From the NCBI RefSeq assembly GCF_009914755.1, contig NC_060941.1: a stretch of 64,000 bases of DNA. The stretch is one strand, 5' to 3'. A program made the position numbers and the translations under genes. The notes below the pieces were generated by a model. That model was not told where the DNA came from, did no database searches, and saw only the letters and a program-made list of their open reading frames with translations. This document shows positions 28,788 through 43,109 of the stretch, in pieces. Within the stretch, counting starts at the first letter, position 1. The number at the start of each line of letters is the position of its first letter. The DNA is from the human T2T-CHM13v2.0 reference genome, Homo sapiens.

Positions 28788-29699
28788 AATCATTTTATTA
28801 AAAAAGGTTTTACAAATTCTTCTTAAGGAGTATATTTTGCCTTAAAGTATGGTCTCTTCCCCCTGTCCCTGAGGATTGATGAATATTTTAGTCTCTGGAC
28901 AAAGGCTATGAAAATGATTATATTCAAGCCAAGAAAACCAAAAGCTGCTGAACATATAGTGCAGCCACAATTTATCTCAAACAATCAAAAGAGAAGTCTC
29001 CTGTTCTTGCTGCAGTACCAGTTCCCAGTGGAGTTGAAATATGAGATGTGAGCAACTATGCCCGATGTCATAGGGTGTTTGTACCATAGCTAGTAATATC
29101 ATGCTGCTGTCTCTAGCATATTAAAAGGAAAAAACCTCAGAACTGAAAATATAAAATAAAAAAAAGTTTAAGCTGAGATTATTGTTAAAGCAATTAGTTA
29201 CTTTAAGAAAGCAATGCTGGTTGGTAAAATTAACCAATTGAGCATAATTTAGGCTATAAAATTAAATGGCCATGACTAAGCTATAGAAAAGTTTAGTTTT
29301 GGCTTGTGTGTTATAAGGAGAGGGGAATAAAAGGAACTGACTTTGGTTAAATTTCTACTCCAAGTTTCTCTTTTGCAATTTATTTCCTTTTAACTTAAAC
29401 ACACTTTTGTAAAATATATGTTGATTATTCCCACTTTATAGTTTAAGAGACCAACAAAGAGAAGTGAAATAACTAAGTATGTTCAGAAAGGGAGTGGTAG
29501 AACCAAGATTCTATCTGAAGTGTCATTCTGAAGCCAAACATCTTCCATCTATATTAAGCATATGAGTAGGACTAGTTTAGCCCTAAAATGATTATATATA
29601 AATCTTATATAATTGGCTTGCCCAGACTAGCAATTATAAAAATAAAATACTATAAACAACCTGGTGAACATGATGTAGACATGAGATTGAAAACATTTC

Positions 29700-30258
29700 T
29701 ATTAACTTTATAAACTTAACCAGGGAAGAAGAGAGGTAAGAATTGAAAATAAATTGCCGATTCAGCACATTCAGCAATAATCATTAGGTCAGCTTGCTCT
29801 GATTCACTTTTTCATAGCTATTTGCTGCCAATTATGTAGACCTTGTCACAAGATTATAGTTCCCCTTAACTCCTCTGTAGACAACAGCATTATGAAATGT
29901 TATGCCTTCCATCTGAGATATTCGTTCAGGTCCTGTATACTAGCAAAACTACTGATGTCAGCTGGTCTGAAGTATCCAACAAGGAGCTGACTCACTAAAG
30001 AATGAAGTTTCTATATCCTGATGATTTAATCCCTTTTACCCTGACCAATAAATGACCCGTTGTCCAGCCCCTCATCCACATTCCCCCTAAAAACGTCAGC
30101 TCTGGACTCCTCAGGTCTAAGGATATGAGGGCCTTTTCCTGTCTCTCTGCTTGGTTACCCTGAGATCATTAAACTTATTCTCTGCTGCAAACCCTGCTGT
30201 CTCAGTGTATTGGTATGTCACTGTGCAGCAGGCATATGAACCTGTTGGTTCTATAACA
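29700..30258 (+). mobile_element. ERV1 solo LTR, MER39-like
   Basis: 3' end ATTAAACTT...GCTGCAAACCCTGCTGTCTCAGTGTATTGG...GAACCTGTTGGTTCTATAACA; 5' boundary approximate. Confidence 0.7.
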
Positions 30259-30399
30259 AGCTGCTGATTGAAGTAGTGATTATGTTGGTTTAAGCACTTG
30301 GTTTACCAACTCCAACAATGGAGAAAATGGCTATCATGTACTAACCTATGTTTTGTAGATGAAGGGCCAAGAGGCATTAGTTTTTGTGGGTTCCTATAG

Positions 30400-30900
30400 A
30401 ATAAGAAATTTAGATTTTATTCTAAAGTCAAAGGAATTTCAGAGCCTTGGAAATTAATCAATCAATGAATTTAAGTTTATTAAGTGTTAAAATATAGAAT
30501 AAATAATATTTGAGTTATATTTAAAAGAATAAAAAAGGCTCAATTTGGCTATAGTGTAGAGAAGATATAGATACGGTGGGGCAAGAATAGAAGCAGAGTG
30601 ATGAGTTATGTGGTTATTGCCATAGACCAAATTTCAGGTGGTAATGGGGTACATTATGGTAGAAGGAGTAAAACTGGAGAGAAATATGTATTTTTGGTAT
30701 ATATTGTGGACATGTAGAATGAAAAAATGAATTAATTATAGGGGTGATGGAATGATAGCAAAAGGAAAGAGTTAGAGATTAACTTTTCTATTTTTGTTTT
30801 GCAGTTCACTGAGATGGAAAACTTGGGATTGGAACAAATTTGGGGATATAAACTGGGACTTTAATTTTGGATGCAATGAATACACTATTGATTCCCAAGT
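30400..30900. mobile_element. L2 fragment(s)
   Basis: Purine-rich L2-like sequence (GGCAAGAATAGAAGCAG, TTCACTGAGATGGAAAACTTGGG). Confidence 0.55.
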
Positions 30901-31494
30901 GACATATAAAAAATAACTTGAGCTAGTTAAACAAATGTAAAGGACAATAAAATTTCATTGTCTCATACATGTACAAACATGTCCAAGCCAGTGCCAGAAA
31001 ATTCATGAATTAAAGTTTCCACTGAAATGTCTATGAGCAGTTCTTATGTTTTAAGTTAAATATGATGCTCTGATTAACTTTGCAAGCATCAGAAAGTGGT
31101 TACTCCTTGGAAAACTTCATGTTTCACCTTACAGTTAAGAAGAAAGCATTTTTATTAAAGTAGATTTTTAAATTTTTCATTCATTTATTATTACTTCACC
31201 CCATGGGGTCTATAAAGTGGATTTTTTTAAACATAAATAATTTTATTTGCTCCTAAAAGAAAAAATAATTCAGGAATTTCTCAATGCATGGGATATAAAT
31301 TGCATCTACAATGGAACTAATTTTTCTCCACCTGTATAAAACATTATTTATTGCAGTGGCTTAAATGTATTTGTTGAATGAATGGCCATTTGCATATCAG
31401 GTCTTTTCAATTAGGCTGTAAGCTTTTGATAATAGAAACAATTCATGTCTTATGCTTCTTGAAATCCACCCAGTTACTAGGAACATGGCATAAT

Positions 31495-31720
31495 AAAAAG
31501 AATTGAGATTTGGGATTACAGAAGATATGGATGTGAATTACAGTACTACTGCTTATTTTTGTTTGAATTTGAGCAAGGTAACCTTGATACATTTATATTT
31601 TTTTCACCTGTAAACCATAATAATACCTATTTTCATACTGTTGCCATGAGGATTAAATCACGTTTAGAAAAAGCCTAACAGTTCTTGGCATATATTGGAG
31701 TCTCCAGTAAATGTTAGTCT
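31495..31720 (+). mobile_element. MIR
   Basis: TTGAGCAAG...CACCTGTAAA...TAATAATACCT...GAGGATTAAAT...CAGTAAATGTTAG. Confidence 0.7.
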
Positions 31721-32529
31721 CCCTTCCCTAAGCATGGTTTTATGGAAAGACTCAGTAAATATTTCTCAAGTAAATGAATGACATTTTCTTTGGAATATCA
31801 TTTACCATTAATTCCTAATGAATTCTGCATTTTGGGTCAAAAGGACACTCTATCAACCCATTCCTATTTGGTGTTAACAGCCATAGAGTGTCACAGATCA
31901 CAAAACCATACTTAATGTTTGTTGCTATTCTCAATCAGTACAGCTGAACCCACACCTACAGAACATAATTGAGTCAGATTAATTTTAATAACTGAAATGT
32001 GAACATTAGCATTCTTGGAAATGGGAATAAAATTCTTTCCATCACAAGTTAAATTACTACTGCGTTCATAAATTTTAAAACAGCTGACCCTGAATTTCCA
32101 CCAGCATCTTTTAAAATGATGTTTCTATCTTCGCATTATTCATTTAATAAATGCTTAGGCAGACTTTCATGTAAGCGTGTACTTAGAAGAATGAAGTACA
32201 ATTAGAAGTCAGCTGAGAGAAAATAGTAAATAGTTCTCATAGTACTATTTACACTAATAATACTTGAATTGGAAGTGAGAAATCAGAGGAGCTCAACATC
32301 TTGTTTGCCTTAAATACTGTCTTTGACACTATTTTGTATAATTATTCTCCCCTTGAAGTACTAATTTATAGGAACCTTTGTTACTAAGTACTATAACATA
32401 ATGTTCATATCATTTAAACTCTAGACAATGAGCAAGAATTTGAGAATTTTCTGTTAATAAATACATAGATTTTAAAAATTTACAACTATTGTTGAGCATT
32501 TCAAGATCTTTCTCAGTAATAAAATAAGT

Positions 32530-35342
32530 AAAGTATTTTAAAAATAGAAGTTTTCAATAATCAACAATTCGATCTCGTTGATATCTATAGAATGCTCTAA
32601 TTAATGGAGAATGTAATAATATACATTATTTTCAAGTACTAGTCAAACCCTGACCAAGACAGGCCACATTCAAGGCCATAAAACACATCTCAATAATTAC
32701 AAAAAACAGAAATAATGCATACTATGTTCTTTGATCATAATATAGCTAAAATAAAAATGAATAGAAAATTATCTGCAAAAAAATCCCAAATATTTGAAAA
32801 TTTAAACAACTTCCTTTTAAATAGGTCATAGGACAACACACACACATGCACACACACATGAAAATTTAGACAATGTTTTGAATTGATAAAAAATGATAAC
32901 AATATATAAAAATCTGTGGGATCCAGCTAAAATAGTGTTTAGAGAACTGTTGTATAGCATCAAATGCTTATATTAGACAAGAAAAATGGTCTTGAATAAG
33001 TGACTGAACTAGGCTTCCAATTTAAGAAACTAGAAAAAAATAAGCAAAATGAAACAAATGGTAATAATAATAAATAACATAATTCAACAAAATAGAAACC
33101 AGAAAAAGAAAATCAATAGAATCAAATGTTGCTTCTTCGAAAAATATCAACATAATTGACAGAACTTCAGCTAGATTGATGAGGAACAGAAGACAGGTAT
33201 TATTTAACTATATAAAAGACAAAGGACATAACTGCAGACTCTACAGACATTAAAATAATAAAGATTTATTATAAACTTTATGCCAATAAATCAACAACTT
33301 TGAGCAACTGTAGAAATTCTGTAAAAGACAAAAATTATCAAAATGCATTAAAGAAGAGTTAGATAACCTGAAGGGGCACATGTATTTGAGAAATTGATTT
33401 TGTAGTTAAAACTTTTCTACCAAGATAATTCCAGATACAGGTGGCTTTACTGGTGAATATTAGCAAGTATTTTAGGAAGAAGGGGTCCTAGTTTTGCATG
33501 AAAATCTTCCAGAGTATAGCAGAGGAACAAACTGTAACTAACTCATTTTGTGAGTCCAGACCAGGCAAAGAATTTACAACAAAAATCACCTCTACAGAGC
33601 CCTCTTGATGACAGGTGCAAAAATCCTCCACAGAATGTTAGCACTTCAAACTTAGCAATACATATTATATTGAAAAAGAATCATCATGACCATGTGAAGT
33701 TTATCTTGGGAATGCAAGACTAATTTAATGTTTTAAAATCATTCAATATAATTCACAATATTAACAGACTAAAGAAGAAACAATACATGGTCATCTCAAT
33801 AGTTACAGAAAAACATTTGATAAAAGTTGATATACATTCATGACAAAAATTCTCAGTAAACTAGAAATAGGGAAAAGTTATTCAACCTAATAAAGGGCAT
33901 CTAGGTCCTATACAGTGCAATAAGGCAATTTAAAAACTCAGGGTAAGAATATGCAGTATTGGCACAAAAATATATAGATGAATGGACATGGATAGAAAAT
34001 CCATTAATGGACCCAAACTAATATGGCGAGTTGATTTTCAGAAAAAAACACTAAGGCAATTGAATGTGGAAAGGATGACAGTTCAATAAATTATGTGAGC
34101 TAAATTTTTAAAACGTCAGGTTTAGACAAAGGTATCTTAAGTAGGAAACAAAAAGTGTAAACATAAATACTCAATTTTTTATCATCAAAATTAAAATCTT
34201 TGCTCTTTAAAATATTGTTAAGGAAATGAAAATACAAGCTATAGCCTGGGAGAAAATAATTTTTGAAAGCTATATTTGATTAAGAGCTTGTATCCAGGAC
34301 ATATGAAGAACTCTCACAATTAAATAATGAGACAAAATCCCAAATGAGGGAAAGGGTTTGAATAGGTACTTCAAAAAGAAGATACATACATAGCAAATAA
34401 GACCATAAAAATATGGTGAACAACATTAGTCATTAGGAAGATAGAAATTGAAACCACTACACATTCCCTAGAATGACTAAAATTACCAACACTGACAATC
34501 CTGTGTCTTAGTAAAGATCGAAAGCAACTGTGACTTTCATTTATTGTTGATGATAAAAATGGTGAGATGCTTTTAGGAAACCATTTGGCAATTTCTTCTA
34601 AAGGTAATTATACACTTATCATATGACCCAGCAATCCTGCTCCTGGATATTTACTACAGAGATTTAAAAACATGGCTACACAGATGATTGTACAGGAATG
34701 TTCATAGACATTTTATGAATTATAGCTAAAAACTAGGATGAATGCAAATATCTATTAACTAATGAATAGATAAAAACTGGTGGTATATTCACAATGAAAA
34801 ATAATGGAATAAACCAATGATATAGCAATATAATGGAATAAACTAATGATACATGTACAACAGAAAATTTTAAAAATATTATGTTGATAAATAAAAACTT
34901 ATGTTCACACAAAAATTTATGCACAAATGTTTACAACAGCTTTATTTGTAGTAGCCCCAAACTAGAAACAACCAAATGCCCTTCAATGGGTAAATGGTTA
35001 AACAAACTGTGGTAGATTGATATATGGAATATTACTCAGCAATGAATGAACTATTGATCTGTAGGTCAACTTAAATGGATTTCAAAGAAGTCTTATTGAA
35101 TTTTTTAAAAAAACCCTCAAAACATTTCATACTGTATGATTTACTGTGTGACATTCTTGAAATGACATTATAGAGATGTAGAAAGGAGCAGTGGGTGCCA
35201 GAAGTTGGAGGGGAGTGGCAGGAAGGTGGTAGCTCTGGCTGTAAAAGGGTAGCATGAAGGATCTGTGGTATGGAACTATTCTGTACCTTGATGTGGCAAA
35301 GGTCATTTGAATCTATACATGTGATAAAATGCATAGAACTAG

Positions 35343-35373
<31 letters not shown>

Positions 35374-35830
35374 TGCACATAAACCTAGTGAAAATTGAAA
35401 ATGATGGATTTTAATGGATGTTTATTTCAAGGTCATGCTATTGTACTAGAGTTATGCAAGATAGGGGGAGGTGGGTAATGGGTATATGGAATCTCTATGA
35501 TTTCCTAACAGCTGCATGTGAACCTAAAATTAGATCAAAATAAAAAGTAAAATAATATGTTGAATGGAAAAAAAGCCAGACACAAAACCTCATATACTGC
35601 ATGATTCAGTTTATATGAAATTCTAATAAAGGCAAACTACAGTTATAGAAAACAAATAAGTGATTTCCAGCATCCAGAGAGTGGAGGAAGGGCATTGAAC
35701 ACTAAGTGACAAAAGCAAATGTTCCAGATGGTGATTGTTACATGACTTTTTACATTTATCAAAACTCACCAAATTGTATACTTATAACTGGCATATTTTG
35801 TTCTGTGTAATTATGCCTCAGTGCATATTA
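32530..35830 (+). mobile_element. Ancient L1 (L1M/L1ME) ORF2 to 3' end, heavily degraded
   Basis: Recognisable ORF2 landmarks in order (GGCCATAAAACACATCTCAA, AATCTGTGGGATCCAGCTAAA, GGAATGCAAGAC, CATATGACCCAGCAATCC). Confidence 0.8.
34888..35548 (+). mobile_element. L1MC/L1MD 3' fragment nested in the older L1, containing a (CA)n at about 35343-35371
   Basis: 3' end CTGCATGTGAACCT...AAATAAAAAG; TSD AAAATA(T/A)TATGTTGA at 34873 and 35549. Confidence 0.7.
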
Positions 35831-35933
35831 CAGAATTTTAAAAGTGGATGTCAGTAATGTAGTAAGGTATAGTGTAAGTATATTGATATTATATTTCCAA
35901 AAAAATAAAATTATTGTTAAAAGATACCATTCA

Positions 35934-37580
<1,647 letters not shown>

Positions 37581-37602
37581 AGGTTTCACATCAATTGACG
37601 TT

Positions 37603-37715
37603 AGAGTGACCACATCAGGATTCTCCTGGAACAGTCTATTTTCCCAAAGTAACTATTACACCGCTTTCACTCTGAAAAGGTCCCAGTTTGGACAACAAAT
37701 TGTACCGACATGATA
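37603..37715. mobile_element. MER94 (hAT-Blackjack MITE)
   Basis: AGAGTGACCAC...GGAACAGTC...TTTCACTCTGAAAAGGTCCCAGTTTGGACAACAAATT. Confidence 0.7.
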
Positions 37716-40700
37716 GTTATGTGTGATTGTTTTAACTTTCTTAATTATTTATATCAATATTCAATTATATCTTAAAATGCACATATATAACTTGGGCAAA
37801 GAAGAAACAATCATACAGCTATTTCAATGTGGAAGAACCAAAAAGTATGTTCCAGACAGTATGTGCTTTACAGCAGGCAGAAGATATACAGTGAATTACA
37901 ATGCTAATGAAAATAATCCAAATTTTGGTATTTTCTCTCCACTATTTTATAGTCATTTCCTTGTTGAGAAGAGTTGCAGGGAGGAGGAAGATGAATTACC
38001 ATCTTTTTCTCAGTTTTACCTATCTGACCCTGTGATGAAACAACTGTAAACTCATTTTTAAAAAAGGTTTCTAAACAGGAAATATTTTCAATGGGAGGAG
38101 GAAAAGAACCAGTTCCTATCAACAGAAAGTAAAATGCTAAAAATCTCGGAAAGTTGAAGAGGATTTGCAAAGAGCAGTTAAATATTTCATTAAGTAATGA
38201 ATTTTCCAAGCAGAAGGAAGAGAATGGAGGGGTACAAGAGACAGAAGTAGTCTTCAACAGGGATTCTTGGTTAGAGAGCCTCTTGAGAGAATCTGCCTGT
38301 ATTGGTAATAACATGTGCCTTTCTTTAAATGCATGAGTTTGTCATGAAAGAGAGATTTGTAGAAAATTGGAACAAAAATTGCTTAATGGAGTGATGGGAA
38401 CGGCAGGTCTTGAGGCTCCAAAGTGGTGTAGAAAGCTTACATTAATTAAGATCTAACTGGAGAGTAAACATCAGCCTCTTGATGCAGTGGAGAGGGTTGG
38501 GGTGGAGAGAGAAATTGTCTTTACTGCTTTCAATAGATGTTTGCATCAGCATAACTCAGAAGATTTCTACCCTTGAGAGTCATGATGAAGTTAAGCCAAG
38601 CCCTTTGAGAATACCAGTTATATTTAGCAGGAACAGGCATTGTTGAATTTTAAATTATAGATTGTACCAGGACCTGCTCAGATCTGAACCGCAAATGTCA
38701 GCTTGGGTGAATTTATAATATCCTAAGTAAGACTAGCTAAACCCATTCTACGATTGGTGCAGTCTAAGGCTCTCCCTATGATGTCTGTAAATTCCCAGGA
38801 GGATTCTTTTCTCAAGTTCACCTTGATCTGAGTTTCTGCCACTGCTCACCGTCCTATGCATATGCCTTTTCTCACGGAGGTCCACATGTAGAATTCTGTT
38901 CTTTTGTTTATCATACATATGAATGCACTTACATACAACTCACACACCACTCATAGAAGGCATTTGTGGGTGTAGGATACTTTACTGAAAGTTTGGGAAT
39001 AAGGAAAGGTTTACAACCACACAAACAGACTTCCAATGTTGTAGCCATTTGTACAAACCTTGATCCTAGTTCTTGCCATCCGCTTAGCCCATTTCTCTCT
39101 TTTTCGCTCTGTCTCTCCTCATCTTTCCTCCTAGGCCCCTTTCTTTGCAGACATAAAAACAAATATTTCTGTATTTTTATACACAGCATTAGCTTTTTCT
39201 ATTCCTTTCCCATATAGGCTTAGTGAGGGGCTCCTTTTGTGAATCTAATTACTCTGGTCTAATTAAATTCTTAGACAATGTGTATTATTTCTCCATTACC
39301 CATCTAGGTAAAGTGATTTTATTTTACAGTTTAATTGTATTTCTCAATCTCACCACCAATTCACAGGTCTTTTTCATTTCTTATGATGGGCAATTAAATA
39401 ATTCATACTCTATTTTATTAAATAGCCTATTATAATAAAGAGTTATTGAAGAGAGAAGAGCATTTTTATTTTATCTCTAGCAGTTATTCAAGTTTGAAAT
39501 AAATCTAAGCTTTTTGATTATATTTAAGAATTCAAAGCAATATTGTTCATCTAGGAGTATTGAGACACATTTTAGGCACTGGAGAAAGTTTAGGTAGATA
39601 ACATGTTGAATTCCAGAATACTGACTAGGTTTTTTACAATATCATGTTTGTCTTTTTATTTACATGTTAGTTGGACTCATAGAAAGTGGAAATAAGTTAA
39701 AAAAATTTAAACTACATATTCTCATGAGAAGTAAACAAGCTGAATCAATGGTACAAAAGGTTGAAAAATGTCATATTGAAGTTGTATTTTGTTTTTGCCA
39801 CATTTACTCATTGGAACAATAAACACACAGATTTGGAAACAATGAATGCATAGAAATCTGTATTATGAGAACAAAAGTTAGAAACAGTGACGCGAGCCAC
39901 AGAATAAAACCACAGTATTAGTTCTTTTATCTTCTATCATCTCTGTCATAGATATTCTTGCATAGGGAGTCCTCTTCACATGCGGTGGTTCCAGCCTTAC
40001 TACATCCTTTCGTCTTGGCAGCACTATCAAATATCTCCCTGAGTGTGCTTTTTTCACTGTTAACAGTGATCTTTTCACCTCTTTCAATGGTTCTTCATCT
40101 GAACGCTTTCTTATGACATTAACTGAAGTTTCTCTAGATGGGAATTTATTTGAGTAAAACAGCGGCAACTATAAATCTGCAAAATAAAACAGGAACTCAG
40201 AGAGCACATAGCCTCAGAAGATGTGAGCGATACAGAGGAACTGGGAGGCAATGTTTCCCACAGTGGCCTCATATCCTTACCCAGAATGGTGTTGTCTGGG
40301 TCTCCTTCACCGCCAGTGGAACCCTGCAACTGGTCCATGACTTTGGTGTGCATTTTTATCTGACATCACTGTGTATGTATTTTAACTTATTTAAGATGTC
40401 ATCTTTTAAAAAACAATTATTGCATGTAGTTTTTTTTTTACAAATTGGAAGGTGGGTACAGTTCATTTAATTCTTCCCACTGGTCTCAGAGGTAGGACTG
40501 CTATGTTTAAAACAAATTCTTTGACTTCTCTTCAATAGTTTCATTTCCCAGACTTTGATAATTGCCTGCTCTTATCTTTCTCCAACTTTTGTCACAAGTA
40601 GATATTCCAAATAGCGTCTCTAATTAAGCAGGCGAAGGCTGAAGCTAATGCTATATATGTGTATCCATGTAATATCATGCCAGTGTGCCTTTCAAACCTC

Positions 40701-40884
40701 CTGTTTTGCGAACTTGCAACTGGAAGACTGTTAGTTTCCATGTGTTAATGAATGCAGAACAGCCTGATTTTGGCATGTGGTACATTTTTCCTTTTTTTAT
40801 CTGTCAGTCTTTTAGTCAGCTCACTCGTTTGGGCAATGACGCACTACAGCGCATCATATATTCACATGATCTGGCTTCACTTGG

Positions 40885-41317
40885 TGTTGTAAGTTGGTTT
40901 CTCAGGAGCAGACTCTGAGATGCACGTTAATTAGCAGGATGCTTAGTAGGGAGAGCTCTGGGAATTTAACAGTGAGGATGGAAAGGGAGCAGGATTGGGC
41001 AGAGGCAGCTGTGATGCTGTCCTAATGAGACTCAGCTCCCCATCAGAGGGTGTTCTGGAGACTGGGATCACTGTTCAAAGTTGTGCTGAGTCGAAGTAAG
41101 AGAGCCAGGACTTTTTACACCCACATAGATCAGTCTTTGGGTAAGTGCTTTTCCTAGAAGGAAGCTGACCTTGGACCAGGCCGTTTTCTTCAACTGAAGC
41201 GATCTTCAAAGATGGTGGCAGCAGCTGAGGTTCATCTTCTGGTAGCACTCTCAACAGCTGGAAGAAAAATTTCCTCATTCCTGCGGATCTGTGTGGTCCA
41301 TTACAGCACCTACCACA
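40885..41317 (-). mobile_element. LTR16A-type (ERVL) solo LTR
   Basis: GAGCAGACTCTGAGATG...GCAGGATTGGGCAGAGG...ACAGCACCTACCACA; TG...CA ends. Confidence 0.85.
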
Positions 41318-42496
41318 CACTTTAAACATCATTCAGTTTACCAGGTTTCTCTGAATCAATAGAATATTAACTTTAAAAAATACTTTTTTCCCAATCAATA
41401 TCTTACACAAAATCTGTAAATATACATAAAATATAAAAGAGATAAAACCATCTTATTTACCAGAGTACCAAATATATGACTCCACAGATATCTCCACAGA
41501 TACTCACATACTTAGGGCTTCTTGGAACACATTTGAAAACCTGCTAGATGGAAAGTTGTAGAAATTCGCTGATCATCAGTATCAACTGAAGAGCAATAGC
41601 AACAACAAACAAGAACACATACACACACATTGTTAGGGTCCATACCAGGAGACTCTACTTCAAAAGGTCTGAGTTTGAGCATCAGGATATAAATATCCAT
41701 ACATATTTATACGCACATATACAAATGCACAGGCACACACATATTTGTATGTATGTGTGTGTGTCTCATATGATTCTAGATTTGTGCTGTTGAATAATAG
41801 CTTTTAAATGCCGATTTGTTTTAAATTATGAGAAAAAGGCAAATATGAGTTCCTATTTATTGCCTAAAAATAAAAATGTTTCTAAAGATCATGGCATACA
41901 GATTGGGAGGTAGTCAGGGATAGGAACCCTGATACGCTACAATTCTCTTCTGTTCTTAATCTTCTGCTTCTTTTATTAGTTACATGTCATTAATTTTATG
42001 GATTTCAGTTATTACTCAGAATAACTTGGTGACTCTTTTTCTTGGAGCCAACTTTATTGGCTCATCTGGTTAGGTGCTGGGGGAAAAAGTTCTGTGATGA
42101 ACTTTGACCTCCATCTTCACATTGACTTCCTTGGTATGTGCATCTTCAAATATAATTGACAATGCCACAGTCCTCTTCAAAATGACACTATCCACCAGAA
42201 GGTTATGAACGATCCTGCCACTGTATGTAGTAATTAGCACTTGGGAGTATTTATTTATTTATTAAATATTTATTGATTAAATACTGCAGGCTAAGCACTA
42301 TTCTGGGTGTTTGTGATATTTCAGTAAACAAAAGACATTCTAGCAGACTGACAATAAACAATGGACATAATAAGTACATTTTGTTGAATGTTAGACTATG
42401 ATAAGTGCTGTAGAATACTGAAAAAGGAGAGTAGAATCGAGGGATCAGAAATGTTATAGAAGGAGGAATGGAGGTTCTAATTTTAGGTAGAGGGGA

Positions 42497-42700
42497 ACAA
42501 TAGACACTGTGGGCTACGAGAGAATGGCAGGGGGAGGAGTGGTACCCCTGGTACCACTCACTATCAGGTATGATGCTCACTACCTGGGTAATGGGATCTG
42601 TACTCCAAACTCAGCATCATGCAATAATCCCATGTAAAAAAAATCTGCACATGTACTCCCTGTATCTAAAATAAAAACTGAAATTAAAAAATTTAAAAAA
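42497..42700 (+). mobile_element. L1PB/L1PA15-16 3' end fragment
   Basis: AACAATAGACACTG...GCTCACTACCTGGGT...CTGCACATGTACTCCCTGTATCTAAAATAAAA. Confidence 0.8.
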
Positions 42701-42805
42701 TGCCATGAAGAAGAAATTTAAGTGAATGAAAGAAGAAGTAAATAAATGAGATTCAGATAAGTTGTATTTAGAAGGCAACATTTGAAAAGATCTGAAAAGG
42801 GATGT

Positions 42806-42860
42806 CAGATTTCTCCCAGATAACCACAACCCAGCCTTCTGGTTATCTGGGAGAAATCTG
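42806..42860. repeat. Perfect inverted repeat with 21-bp arms and a 13-nt spacer
   Basis: CAGATTTCTCCCAGATAACCA-caacccagccttc-TGGTTATCTGGGAGAAATCTG. Confidence 0.97.
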
Positions 42861-42872
42861 TTCTTGCTAGAG

Positions 42873-43093
42873 CTGGGTTTCTCAGTGATGACACTGTGAC
42901 ATTTGGGGCTGAATAATTCTCTGTTGGGAGGGGTAGGGTGGGGAGCTGCACTATGCTTCGTAGAACATTCAGCAACATTCCTGACCTGTATCCACTTGAC
43001 ACCAATAATATCTTTCCCTTCCAGTTGTTACTCCCAAAAATGACTCCAAACATTGCCACAGTGGGCCAAAATCATCCCAATTGAGAACCACTG
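42873..43093 (+). mobile_element. MER20 (hAT-Charlie)
   Basis: GACATTTGGGGCTGAATAATTCTCTGTTG...CAAACATTGCCA...TTGAGAACCACTG. Confidence 0.88.
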
Positions 43094-43109
43094 GTATAAA
43101 CTACATCAA

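Larger units (their letters stand above)
42250..42870. mobile_element. L2 fragment interrupted by an L1 3' end
   Basis: ATTTATTTATTAAATATTTATTGA...CAGTAAACAAAAGACA...GATAAGTGCTG L2 3' signature; L2-like sequence resumes at about 42700. Confidence 0.6.

Noticed and set aside
37720-38460. Purine-rich unique stretch with 60-136 aa ORFs, possible processed pseudogene
   Set aside because: No recognisable protein similarity, poly(A) tail or TSD; a tblastx search would be needed
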